Part shown: positions 9,826 through 18,711 of the stretch, piece after piece
How positions within the stretch are numbered: position 1 is the first letter of the stretch
Layout: the number at the start of each line of letters is the position of its first letter
Assembly (NCBI GenBank): GCA_964536725.1
Contig: CAZHYJ010000003.1
Span: forward strand, 39,065-103,064
From: an uncultured Gammaproteobacteria bacterium
GTDB taxonomy: Bacteria; Patescibacteriota; Patescibacteriia; Magasanikbacterales; GWA2-37-8
Reading direction: 5' to 3'
Length of the DNA: 64,000 nucleotides
Notes under the pieces: model-generated
Told to the model about the DNA's origin: nothing
The model's input: only the letters and a program-made list of their open reading frames with translations
Databases searched by the model: none
Program-made: the position numbers and the translations under genes

Positions 9826-11199
9826 ATGCAAGAAGACTTAATGGAAAAAGTAACATCACTGTGCAAGCGTCGTGGTTTTATCTTCCCAGGTAGTGAGATC
9901 TATGGTGGTTTTGCAAATTCTTGGGACTATGGTCCACTTGGTCATTTATTAAAACAAAACATCAAAAATTTGTGGTGGAAATTTTTCGTGCAAGAACGGG
10001 CCGACATGGTTCCGCTCGATGCGGCGATTATCATGAACCCGCGGGTTTGGGAGGCCTCAGGTCACTTGCAGAATTTTTCTGATCTTTTGGTAGAATGTAA
10101 AAAATGCCATCACCGCTTTCGTATCGATCATTTGTTGGAAGCGAAAGGGATCGAGCCGAAATATGACAAGGAGCCAGCATATGATATGTCTGAAGTAAAA
10201 TGCCCAGACTGCGATGGTGATTTGACAGATCCAAAAAGTTTTAATTTAATGTTTAAAACTTTTATTGGCATCACCGAAGACAATACTAGTACCGCATATT
10301 TACGTCCAGAGACTGCCGGCGGCATGTTTGTAAACTTCAAAAATATTCAGACCACGACTCGTCGTCGTTTGCCTTTTGGTATTGCGCAGATTGGTAAGTG
10401 TTTTCGTAACGAAATTACGCCTGGTAATTTTATCTTTCGCACGCGCGAGTTTGAGATCGGTGAATTGGAATATTTCATTAATCCAAAAGATTGGGAAAGT
10501 ATTTTTGAGATGTGGTTGGGTGAAATTAAACATTGGTGGAAAGATGTAATGCAGGTGAATATGGATAATTTGGTGTGGCACGAAATTCCCGATGGTGAGC
10601 GTGCACATTATTCCAAACGTACCGTGGATATTGAATACAAATATCCTTTCGGTTTGAAAGAGCTGCACGGCATTGCCTATCGCACTGACTTTGATTTAAG
10701 TCGTCACGAAAAGGTAGGTGGTGTTGATTTACAATATACCGATCCAGTAACTAATGAAAAGTTTTTACCACATGTGATCGAACCAACCTTTGGTATCGAA
10801 CGTATGATGTTGGTCTGTTTACTTGAGGCCTATCACGAAGAGGAAGCGCCGACCGCTGAAGAAGGAAAAACAGAAAAACGTATTGTGATGAAGTTTCCTA
10901 AACACTTAGCCCCAGTGCAGGTGGCGGTGTTGCCATTGTCCAAGAAAGAGGAACTATCCAGCGTGGCCGAAGATTTGGCAGCAGAATTACGTAAAGAATT
11001 TTCGGTGGATTATGACGAGACTCAATCAATTGGTAAACGCTATCGTCGCCAGGATGAAATTGGCACGCCATATTGTGTGACCGTTGATTTTGATTCACTT
11101 GAAGACAAACAAGTGACTGTGCGCGACCGCGATACAATGGAGCAAAAACGCATTGCAATTTCGGAATTGAAAGAATATTTACATAGTAATGATATATAA
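9826..11199 (+). CDS. glyQS: glycine--tRNA ligase (class II, alpha2 type)
   Basis: N-terminus RRGFIFPGSEIYGGFANSWDYGPLG and class II motifs; 457 aa. Confidence 0.9.
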   Translation: MQEDLMEKVTSLCKRRGFIFPGSEIYGGFANSWDYGPLGHLLKQNIKNLWWKFFVQERADMVPLDAAIIMNPRVWEASGHLQNFSDLLVECKKCHHRFRIDHLLEAKGIEPKYDKEPAYDMSEVKCPDCDGDLTDPKSFNLMFKTFIGITEDNTSTAYLRPETAGGMFVNFKNIQTTTRRRLPFGIAQIGKCFRNEITPGNFIFRTREFEIGELEYFINPKDWESIFEMWLGEIKHWWKDVMQVNMDNLVWHEIPDGERAHYSKRTVDIEYKYPFGLKELHGIAYRTDFDLSRHEKVGGVDLQYTDPVTNEKFLPHVIEPTFGIERMMLVCLLEAYHEEEAPTAEEGKTEKRIVMKFPKHLAPVQVAVLPLSKKEELSSVAEDLAAELRKEFSVDYDETQSIGKRYRRQDEIGTPYCVTVDFDSLEDKQVTVRDRDTMEQKRIAISELKEYLHSNDI

Positions 11200-11202
11200 G
11201 GT

Positions 11203-12483
11203 ATGCCCAAAGTTGCCAAATTGAAAAATGGTTTTAACTTCATTAACATCCCCATGCCCGGGACCAAAGCGGTGACGGTTTTGGTTTTGTTTCCAGTAGG
11301 ATCACGTTTTGAGGACAAACAAATTTCTGGTGCTTCGCATTTTGTGGAGCATATGATGTTCAAGGGTACCAAAAAACGTCCTGACCATTTAGAAATTTCG
11401 CGCGAGTTGGATGCAGTGGGGGCAGATTACAACGCTTTTACTTACAAAGATTATACCGGGTATTATGTAAAAGTTGATACCAGCAAAGCGGAATTAGCTT
11501 TTGACCTGTTGTCTGACATCGTTTTTAATTCTACAATTAGTGAAGCTGAAGTAGAAAAAGAAAAAGGGGTGATTGTGGAAGAATTGCGCATGTACGAAGA
11601 CAATCCAACAATGGCAATTGATTTACTTTTTGATGCATTGATGTTTGGTGATCATCCGTTGGGCTGGGACATTGGTGGTACTACCGAAAGTGTGCGTGGG
11701 ATGACGCGAGATAATCTGTGGAAATATTACAAAAAATATTATTCGCCGGCTAATGCTGTGTTGGTAGTGGCGGGTAATTTGGAAAGTAAAAAGTTAAAAA
11801 AACTGCTAGGACATTTTACCAGTATTCCTGGTTCAGCCAAGCAAAAAGCTTGGTCGGGATTTTCTGGTTTCTCTTGGCCGAAAAATAGTCTACCATTAAA
11901 TGATAGGGTGCGAGTGAAAGAACGTAAACTTGATCAAGCGCATTTGTTGATGGGCTTTCCGGGTTTGTCGTATAAAGACAAAAAACTATACGCGGCCTCG
12001 GTGATGTTGAACATTTTGGGTGGGGGAATGAGTTCGCGTCTTTTTGTTGAAGTGCGGGAAAAACGTGGTTTGGCCTACATGGTGCGTGCTAGTATGGGAT
12101 CATTCCGCGATTGTGGTGTAGCACAAATTCAAGCCGGTCTTGATCCAGTTCGTCTTAAGGAAGCTTTGGCAACAATCAACAAAGAAGTGAAAAGGATAGC
12201 TAGCGAAATGGTGACAGTGCGAGAATTAAAAGATGCAAAAAGTAGTTTGATTGGTCGGTTGGCTTTGGCTTTGGAAGACAGCGGTGTGCAGGCAGAGAGA
12301 GCAGCTAAGCAATTCTGGTTTTTTCCCAAAGTAGAAAATTTTGCCGAGACAAAAAAGAAAATTCAGGCGGTGACGATTAAGGAAATTCAGCAGGTGGCAA
12401 AAGAATTGTTTGATCAAAAACAGATGCGATTAGCGGTAATCGGTCCATTGAATAAAGAAAAAGTTTTAAATTGTTTAAAATAA
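11203..12483 (+). CDS. M16-family zinc peptidase (insulinase/pitrilysin-like)
   Basis: Inverted zincin motif HFVEH in GASHFVEHMMFKGT; typical length. Confidence 0.8.
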   Translation: MPKVAKLKNGFNFINIPMPGTKAVTVLVLFPVGSRFEDKQISGASHFVEHMMFKGTKKRPDHLEISRELDAVGADYNAFTYKDYTGYYVKVDTSKAELAFDLLSDIVFNSTISEAEVEKEKGVIVEELRMYEDNPTMAIDLLFDALMFGDHPLGWDIGGTTESVRGMTRDNLWKYYKKYYSPANAVLVVAGNLESKKLKKLLGHFTSIPGSAKQKAWSGFSGFSWPKNSLPLNDRVRVKERKLDQAHLLMGFPGLSYKDKKLYAASVMLNILGGGMSSRLFVEVREKRGLAYMVRASMGSFRDCGVAQIQAGLDPVRLKEALATINKEVKRIASEMVTVRELKDAKSSLIGRLALALEDSGVQAERAAKQFWFFPKVENFAETKKKIQAVTIKEIQQVAKELFDQKQMRLAVIGPLNKEKVLNCLK

Positions 12484-12489
12484 TAATAT

Positions 12490-13254
12490 ATGTCTTTACA
12501 CAACGGCAAATTTTATCTGTTCGCCAACTGGAAGATGTATTTGGATTACAACGAGTCAAATATTTTAGCGAACGCTTTGGCGGGTGAGACAAAAAAGTTT
12601 CCCGATGCAGTAAAGATGGCAATATTTCCTAGTGCCCTGTCTTTGTATCCAGTGTCACAAGTTTTGCATGATGTTGGGATTGGCGTGGGTGCGCAGAACG
12701 TGTATTGGGTGGATAAAGGTGGATATACAGGAGAAGTTTCGGCGGTAATGTACAAAGAAGTGGGGTGTGAATATGCATTGGTGGGGCACTCTGAACGTCG
12801 TCATCAGTTTAGTGAAACCAACCACGACGTTCGGGCTAAGATGGAAGCCTCTTTAGCGGCTGGGTTAACTCCGGTTTTGTGTGTGGGGGAGACGGCGGCA
12901 GAACGTGAGGAAAACAAAACAGAAGAAATTGTGGAAATTCAATTACGTGCCGCTTTGGATAAGTTGGAAATTCCAGTGGACCGCGAATTGATTGTTGCCT
13001 ATGAACCAGTGTGGGCAATTGGGACGGGTGTGGCTTGTGATCCGGTTGAAGCCGAACGCATGCATGCCCTGATTAAAAAGATGGTTGGTGTTTTGGCCCC
13101 CGGGAAAGATGTCGCAATTCTGTATGGTGGTAGTGTGCGCCCAGAAAATGTCGGTGAGTATCTTAAACAGGAAAATATTGTTGGTGTTTTAGTTGGTGGT
13201 GCATCGGCCAAGTTAGAAAGTTGGATGGAGATTGTTGAAAACAGTAAACTTTAA
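12490..13254 (+). CDS. tpiA: triosephosphate isomerase
   Basis: ANWKMY, GHSERR, AYEPVWAIGTG signature motifs. Confidence 0.9.
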   Translation: MSLHNGKFYLFANWKMYLDYNESNILANALAGETKKFPDAVKMAIFPSALSLYPVSQVLHDVGIGVGAQNVYWVDKGGYTGEVSAVMYKEVGCEYALVGHSERRHQFSETNHDVRAKMEASLAAGLTPVLCVGETAAEREENKTEEIVEIQLRAALDKLEIPVDRELIVAYEPVWAIGTGVACDPVEAERMHALIKKMVGVLAPGKDVAILYGGSVRPENVGEYLKQENIVGVLVGGASAKLESWMEIVENSKL

Positions 13255-13264
13255 TTGTTTAAAT

Positions 13265-14164
13265 ATGTTTTTGGATATATTTTTCCTCGTCATTATCCTG
13301 CTCGGCATCGCGGCGATCGGTTTTGTTGTGGTACGTAAATTTCCGCAAGTGTCGAACTTGGATGTGAATAATTTACCACAGGAAAAAATATCACGGAAAA
13401 AACAGGAGATAATTTCTCGTCGAATTGAAGAGCAAGGTAAAGCTTTTAAAGCTAGTGGTGAAAAGTTTTTTGTGCCATTGCGAAAAGTTTGGGGTCAATT
13501 ACAACTGAAGTTTAGAATTTATGTTGGTAAGATCGAACGTTTGTGGCACCACGAACAGACGAGTAAACAGAAGGTTGAATCTAAACTTTCGCCAGAAGAA
13601 TTAGAACAAAAAATTAACCAACTAATTACCGAAGGGGAGCAAGCTTTGCAATTTAATCAATTTGATCGTGCGGAAGAAAAGTTTATTGCTGTAATTAAAT
13701 TAAATAATCGAGTGGCGACCGCTTATCGTGGTTTAGGTGATGCCTATTTTTCGCGAGACCTTCTAGAAGAAGCGAGAGAAACATATCGTTTTGTTTTGCA
13801 GCTAGAACCGGAGGATGATAGTGTTTTGGTAAAGTTAGCGAATATTGCGGAAAGTCAAGGTGATTTGGAAGAGGCAATAGAGTATTATCAAAAGGCGGTT
13901 TTGGTCAACGATTCGTTGTCTCCACGTTTCGCCAAACTAGCGGAATTGTTGGTTAAAATCAATCAACCGGAGGCGGCCAAAGAGGCGGTATTGGGGGCAA
14001 TTGAGTATGAGCCTCAAAACCCCAAATATCTTGACTTATTAGCAGAAGTTGCTATACTATGTCGAGACAAAGCGTTGGCTAGTAAAGCCTATAACGATCT
14101 GCGTCTGGTAAATCCAGAAAACAACAAGTTGGTGGATTTGCGTGAGCGTATAAATTTGATATAA
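13265..14164 (+). CDS. membrane-anchored TPR-repeat protein
   Basis: N-terminal TM helix; TPR-like repeats (AYRGLGDAYF..., AIEYYQKAVLVN...); start moved to Met at 13265 to avoid overlap with tpiA. Confidence 0.55.
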   Translation: MFLDIFFLVIILLGIAAIGFVVVRKFPQVSNLDVNNLPQEKISRKKQEIISRRIEEQGKAFKASGEKFFVPLRKVWGQLQLKFRIYVGKIERLWHHEQTSKQKVESKLSPEELEQKINQLITEGEQALQFNQFDRAEEKFIAVIKLNNRVATAYRGLGDAYFSRDLLEEARETYRFVLQLEPEDDSVLVKLANIAESQGDLEEAIEYYQKAVLVNDSLSPRFAKLAELLVKINQPEAAKEAVLGAIEYEPQNPKYLDLLAEVAILCRDKALASKAYNDLRLVNPENNKLVDLRERINLI

Positions 14165-14183
14165 TAGCGTTCTTAGAAATTGC

Positions 14184-14256
14184 GCCGTTGTAGCTCAGTT
14201 GGTAGAGCACCTCCATGGTAAGGAGGTGGTCAGCGGTTCAAATCCGCTCAACGGCT
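14184..14256 (+). tRNA. tRNA-Thr (anticodon GGU)
   Basis: Hand-folded cloverleaf: acceptor GCCGTTG/CAACGGC, D-stem GCTC/GAGC, anticodon loop ATGGTAA, T-arm AGCGG-TTCAAAT-CCGCT. Confidence 0.85.
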
Positions 14257-14284
14257 CAAACCACATTACAGTGGTCACCATATT

Positions 14285-14357
14285 GCCGCCTTAGCTCAGT
14301 TGGTAGAGCAACACTTTTGTAAAGTGAAGGTCCTGGGTTCGAATCCCTGAGGCGGCT
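14285..14357 (+). tRNA. tRNA-Thr (anticodon UGU)
   Basis: Cloverleaf: acceptor GCCGCCT/AGGCGGC, D-stem GCTC/GAGC, anticodon loop TTTGTAA; one U-U mismatch in the T-stem. Confidence 0.75.
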
Positions 14358-14371
14358 CTGTTTTTAATAAC

Positions 14372-14453
14372 GGGCAGATACCAAAGTGGCCAACTGGGGC
14401 AGACTGTAAATCTGCTGGCTCCGCCTTCGTAGGTTCGAATCCTACTCTGCCCA
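14372..14453 (+). tRNA. tRNA-Tyr (anticodon GUA), long variable arm
   Basis: Acceptor GGGCAGA/TCTGCCC, anticodon stem GCAGA/TCTGC with loop CTGTAAA, long variable arm, T-arm GTAGG-TTCGAAT-CCTAC. Confidence 0.85.
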
Positions 14454-14480
14454 CTTAGGGAATAATTAATTAACAAAGAT

Positions 14481-14633
14481 ATGTCCCAAGACAATTTAGC
14501 TAAAATGGAATGTCCGACTTGCAAGCAAGTGACTCACTTCACTACTCGTAATCGCAAGATCAAGACTCGTTTGGCTTTGAACAAATTTTGCAAGCTTTGC
14601 AAAAAACACACTGAACACAAAGAGACCAAATAA
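14481..14633 (+). CDS. rpmG: 50S ribosomal protein L33
   Basis: 50 aa ORF absent from the supplied track: MSQDNLAKMECPTCKQVTHFTTRNRKIKTRLALNKFCKLCKKHTEHKETK with the L33 zinc-ribbon Cys pairs; sits after a tRNA cluster as in many bacteria. Confidence 0.8.
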   Translation: MSQDNLAKMECPTCKQVTHFTTRNRKIKTRLALNKFCKLCKKHTEHKETK

Positions 14634-14637
14634 CTCT

Positions 14638-15432
14638 ATGTGGTTTTTTACTTCTCTCTACCGCAGTTTATTTGACTTTCGGTGGCTGAAAGAACGTAGA
14701 AACGATTCCGGTTCTGCTTGGAGTTATTTTTTTCTTTTCATTTTTTTAATGGTTGGTTTGATATTGGTGCCATTGTTTGTGCAGATGCCAAACAATCTCC
14801 AGAAGTTGCGTGTTTTGGTAGATAAAAACGTACCAGATTTTCAAGCGGAATTAAAAGGTGGGCAACTGGCTGTTACCAATCTGGCTCAGCCGTATGTCTT
14901 AAAAAACAAAGATTTTGTTTTTGTAGTTGACACAGCTACAACTACAGATCTGCAACTAAAGAATTGGTTGGAAACTTCGACTATGTCTGGTGGTTTAATC
15001 ACTAAAGATCGAGTGGAATTTTATGATGCGGATAAAGGAGAAAATCGCGCTCAGTCTTGGAAGGATGTGCCGGATTACAAAACCAGCAAAAGCGAACTTT
15101 TGGCCTTCGTCGATAAATGGTTAAAACCGTTGGCACTATATTTTATCGGTTTGGTAATGTTTATCGGATTGTACATTGGCTTGATTGTTTCAAAATTGTT
15201 TACATTGTTGATCGTGTCAGCCTTAGCTTTAGCAATTAGTAACTTTGCGAAAAAAGGTTGGACCTTTAAACAATTAATTACTGTTGGTTTATTCGCTTTG
15301 ACTTTACCTACAATTCTGCTGACCGCATTGGGTTGGATAGGTGGTCGGGTGAGCTTTCTTTATTCGTTAGTTTTGTTAGCTGTTTTATTAGCGGTGATTT
15401 TTAAAAAGGATAGTAAGGAAATTTTAGGGTAA
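14638..15432 (+). CDS. hypothetical polytopic membrane protein (possibly DUF1189-like)
   Basis: Several predicted TM helices; lies between rpmG and tRNA-Trp. Confidence 0.45.
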   Translation: MWFFTSLYRSLFDFRWLKERRNDSGSAWSYFFLFIFLMVGLILVPLFVQMPNNLQKLRVLVDKNVPDFQAELKGGQLAVTNLAQPYVLKNKDFVFVVDTATTTDLQLKNWLETSTMSGGLITKDRVEFYDADKGENRAQSWKDVPDYKTSKSELLAFVDKWLKPLALYFIGLVMFIGLYIGLIVSKLFTLLIVSALALAISNFAKKGWTFKQLITVGLFALTLPTILLTALGWIGGRVSFLYSLVLLAVLLAVIFKKDSKEILG

Positions 15433-15439
15433 AATTTAT

Positions 15440-15513
15440 AGGGGCGTCGTATAGTGGCAGTACATCTCTCTCCAAAAGAGCAAGTGTGGGTTCGATTCCT
15501 ACCGCCCCTGCCA
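15440..15513 (+). tRNA. tRNA-Trp (anticodon CCA), 3' CCA encoded
   Basis: Acceptor AGGGGCG/CGCCCCT, D-stem GTAT/GTAC, anticodon loop CTCCAAA, T-arm GTGGG-TTCGATT-CCTAC, discriminator G then CCA. Confidence 0.8.
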
Positions 15514-15516
15514 GAC

Positions 15517-15549
15517 AAATAATGGTTTAACAAAGCCATTATTTTTTTA
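15517..15549 (+). terminator. rho-independent terminator after tRNA-Trp
   Basis: Hairpin AAATAATGG-(10 nt loop)-CCATTATTT followed by a T-run. Confidence 0.6.
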
Positions 15550-15566
15550 TTTGGCTGCAATTTTGA

Positions 15567-15893
15567 TTGTGTGGTAAAATTAAATATATGATTAAAGAAT
15601 ATATAAAATATTTAAAAAATAATCCGGAAAAGTACTGGTTCAAGGCCAAGCTCTATGGTTGGGGTTGGACGCCGGTCAGGTGGCAGGGGTGGGTTGTTAT
15701 CCTTGTTTTTATTGGCCTTATTTTACTCAACTCTCACAGGGTTGATTCTAACATCAATTCAGCAAGTTATACATTGATAAATTTTATACCCCAAACTGTT
15801 GTATTAGTTTTAATTCTTTTGATTATTTGTTGGGTAACTAGCGAAAGGCCACGTTGGCAGTGGGGTCCGAAGGACAAAGGACGTAAGCCGTAG
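15567..15893 (+). CDS. hypothetical small membrane protein
   Basis: Two or three predicted TM helices, Trp-rich; no recognisable motif. Confidence 0.35.
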   Translation: MCGKIKYMIKEYIKYLKNNPEKYWFKAKLYGWGWTPVRWQGWVVILVFIGLILLNSHRVDSNINSASYTLINFIPQTVVLVLILLIICWVTSERPRWQWGPKDKGRKP

Positions 15894-15928
15894 GTATATA
15901 TTTTTTGTTTTAAATAAAATTTTTAATT

Positions 15929-16771
15929 ATGATAAAAAACAGCAAACTTATCGCAATTTTTGAAGGTAAAAAAATTCGTCGGCAGTATGATGAAAAAACT
16001 GAGACATGGTATTTTTCAGTGGTTGATATAGTCCAAGCGCTCACAGACAGTATTAATCCAACGGATTATTTAAAAAAATTAAGAAAAAGGGATTCTGAGC
16101 TTGCCGGCTACATAGGGACAAATTGTCCCCAGGTAGAAATGGTTACAGAAACTGGTAAAAACAGAAAAACATTAGCGGGAACGCCCGAACATCTGTTTAG
16201 AATTATCCAATCTATTCCATCACCCAAGGCTGAACCAATCAAGTTGTGGTTGGCCAAAGTTGGATATGAAAGGTTGCAAGAAATGACCGACCCAGAAAAA
16301 GCTTTAAATCGTTCAAGAGATTATTGGCAACGCATGGGGCGAAGCGACAAGTGGATCCAACAAAGAATGATGGGGCAAGAAATTAGAAATAAATTGACAG
16401 ACTACTGGAAAAACAACGAAGTGAAAGAGCAAGACGAATATGCGATTTTGACAAACATTATTCACGAGGAGTGGAGTGAGTTATCGGTAAAAGAACATAA
16501 AAATCTAAAAAATCTCAAGACGCAAAATTTACGTGATCACATGACTGACGCGGAATTGGTCTTTACGGCATTGGCCGAACTTTCTACACGGCAGATTGCG
16601 GAGACGATGGAGACAAAAGGTTTAGAAGAGAATAAAATACCAGCGAAGAAGGGCGGAAGAATTGCTAAGGATGCGAGGGTTGCATTGGAACAGAAAACTG
16701 GGAAGAAAGTGGTGAGTGGTATTAATTTTTTAAATTCGGGGAATAATATAAAAAAATTTAAGAATAAATAA
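15929..16771 (+). CDS. Bro-N domain protein (phage antirepressor/DinD-like)
   Basis: N-terminus IFEGKKIRRQYDEKTETWYFSVVDIVQAL matches the Bro-N pattern (F..k.iR......e.WF.a.Dva.aL); C-terminal half charged and uncharacterised. Confidence 0.55.
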   Translation: MIKNSKLIAIFEGKKIRRQYDEKTETWYFSVVDIVQALTDSINPTDYLKKLRKRDSELAGYIGTNCPQVEMVTETGKNRKTLAGTPEHLFRIIQSIPSPKAEPIKLWLAKVGYERLQEMTDPEKALNRSRDYWQRMGRSDKWIQQRMMGQEIRNKLTDYWKNNEVKEQDEYAILTNIIHEEWSELSVKEHKNLKNLKTQNLRDHMTDAELVFTALAELSTRQIAETMETKGLEENKIPAKKGGRIAKDARVALEQKTGKKVVSGINFLNSGNNIKKFKNK

Positions 16772-16783
16772 TTTTTAAAACAT

Positions 16784-17233
16784 ATGCACAAAAAACTTTT
16801 TACACTATCTTTAATTGTCGGAGTCTTTCTTTTGGTCGGGGCAGGGTGCAAAGGGGATGCGCCAGCAGATCAGGGGGTAAACTACGACACTGATGTCAAA
16901 CCACTAATCGAAACCACCGAAGCACGCAAAGTCCGTGGTAGTTGTAATTGTATCGAAAGCCAAAGTACCTGCATTGATTTCATCGGTTCGATTTTTTCAG
17001 AAGAAAGAATGAGGTTGTCTTGTAGCGAGGGTAAGTTTTCTTTGGATGCCTGCCCATACGCTGATTTAGGTGGGTGCCAAGCAACCCCAGACACCGTTTC
17101 CGAGAGTATTGTCTGGTCATATAACTACGGCGGTGAACCAATTGACGCTGAACAGGCCGGTTATCAAGCCAAAGCGTGCAACTCTATGCAGATAAGTAAA
17201 TGGGTGCTACCGGCGGATTTATTGAAAAAATAG
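16784..17233 (+). CDS. Cys-rich lipoprotein/secreted protein
   Basis: Signal peptide with lipobox-like LLVGAGC; eight Cys in the mature region. Confidence 0.5.
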   Translation: MHKKLFTLSLIVGVFLLVGAGCKGDAPADQGVNYDTDVKPLIETTEARKVRGSCNCIESQSTCIDFIGSIFSEERMRLSCSEGKFSLDACPYADLGGCQATPDTVSESIVWSYNYGGEPIDAEQAGYQAKACNSMQISKWVLPADLLKK

Positions 17234-17253
17234 CGCTTTTTGCCCTCTCTAAT

Positions 17254-17282
17254 TTGACAAAGCACTTGTTTTGTGTTACAAT
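17254..17282 (+). promoter_or_regulatory. sigma70-type promoter (TTGACA-17 nt-TACAAT) with a long structured leader upstream of the DEAD-box helicase
   Basis: Exact consensus -35 and near-consensus -10 with 17-nt spacer; about 100-nt leader containing hairpins AACCGAA-ACAT-TTCGGTT (17307-17324) and an imperfect long stem spanning the start codon. Confidence 0.5.
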
Positions 17283-17384
17283 GGGCAGTCTTAAAGTTTT
17301 AAACCGAAACATTCGGTTAACAGACTCGTACCTCTTTTGTGTCATGTTTAGTGGCTAAGTAGGAATCGGGTCACTAAATAACAT

Positions 17385-18632
17385 ATGACGCAAGTCCAAA
17401 AAGAAGCACCAAGCTTCAATCAACTTGGTATTATTCCAAATATTCTCTCGGTTTTAGCCGTGAGAAAGTTTGTTGTTCCAACTCCGATCCAGCACCAATG
17501 TATTCCAGCCGCAATTGAAGGCAAGGATGTGGTGGGGATCGCTCAAACCGGTACAGGCAAGACTTTGGCCTTCGGTATTCCGATGATTCAACGTTTGGTT
17601 GCTGAACACGGTCAGGGATTGGTTCTGTTACCTACGCGCGAACTCGCCTTGCAAGTAGACGAAGTTTTAAAAAAGATCTGTAACCCGCTTGGTATGCGTA
17701 CCGGCGTGGTCATTGGTGGTGCCAACATGGGCCAGCAAGTGCGGATGCTGCGTGATCGACCACATATTGTGGTGGCGACCCCAGGTCGTTTGATCGACCA
17801 TATCATGGGCAAGACTTACAATTTAAATAACATTAGAATGATTGTTTTGGATGAAGCCGATCGCATGCTTGATATTGGTTTCATGCCACAGATTCGCCAG
17901 ATTTTGGCTGGTGCTCCTACCAATCGTCAGACGATGATGTTCTCGGCAACAATGCCAAGTTCTATCGCTGAGCTAGCTTCCAAATATATGAAGTTACCAC
18001 TTCGTATTGAAGTGGCACCGTCTGGTACTCCCGCTAAGAATGTGGAGCAAGAGGTATATATTGTTAACAAAGAAAGTAGGGCACAGTTGTTAGAAAAACT
18101 TTTAGTTGACAATCAAGGCTCAGTGTTGGTTTTCTCACGCACAAAATTCGGTGCAAAAAGAATTACCGCTAATTTGAACAATATCGGCTTTAAAGCTGTA
18201 GAAATTCATTCCAATCGTTCGCTTGCGCAACGCAAGAACGCGATGGAAGGTTTTAAATCTGGCAAATACCGCATCTTGGTAGCGACGGATATCGCTGCTC
18301 GTGGTATCGATGTAGTTGGCATCTCGTTAGTTATCAACTTTGACTTACCGGATAATTTGGATGATTACGTACACCGTATCGGTCGTACTGGTCGTGCCGG
18401 AATGTTTGGCAAGGCAATCTCGTTTGCTGCTCCAAATGAACGAGGTAACATCAAACAAATCGAACGTTTGATTCGCAAGACTCTGCCGATTCTCGGCTTA
18501 CCAGTTTTACCACCTCGTCGTGAGCCGGTTAAGATTGCTGTCTCAGATGATCAAGTACAACACCGTAGTTTCAACCCACGTAACAATCGTCGTTCGGAGA
18601 AGAAATTTGTTCCGCGCAGACGTAGTTGGTAA
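17385..18632 (+). CDS. DEAD-box ATP-dependent RNA helicase
   Basis: Q-motif, AQTGTGKT (Walker A), DEAD, SAT, HRIGRTGRAG motifs. Confidence 0.9.
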   Translation: MTQVQKEAPSFNQLGIIPNILSVLAVRKFVVPTPIQHQCIPAAIEGKDVVGIAQTGTGKTLAFGIPMIQRLVAEHGQGLVLLPTRELALQVDEVLKKICNPLGMRTGVVIGGANMGQQVRMLRDRPHIVVATPGRLIDHIMGKTYNLNNIRMIVLDEADRMLDIGFMPQIRQILAGAPTNRQTMMFSATMPSSIAELASKYMKLPLRIEVAPSGTPAKNVEQEVYIVNKESRAQLLEKLLVDNQGSVLVFSRTKFGAKRITANLNNIGFKAVEIHSNRSLAQRKNAMEGFKSGKYRILVATDIAARGIDVVGISLVINFDLPDNLDDYVHRIGRTGRAGMFGKAISFAAPNERGNIKQIERLIRKTLPILGLPVLPPRREPVKIAVSDDQVQHRSFNPRNNRRSEKKFVPRRRSW

Positions 18633-18676
18633 ACACTGTAGAATCTTGCTTTTTAGATAGCATTATGCTAATATAA

Positions 18677-18705
18677 TTAGGCCAATTTTGGCCTAATTTT
18701 GTTAT
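18677..18705 (+). terminator. rho-independent terminator after helicase
   Basis: Hairpin TAGGCCA-ATTT-TGGCCTA followed by ATTTTGTT. Confidence 0.5.
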
Positions 18706-18711
18706 TATTCT

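Noticed and set aside
15360-15560. 66-aa ORF on the - strand
   Set aside because: It overlaps tRNA-Trp and its terminator; the peptide is low complexity.
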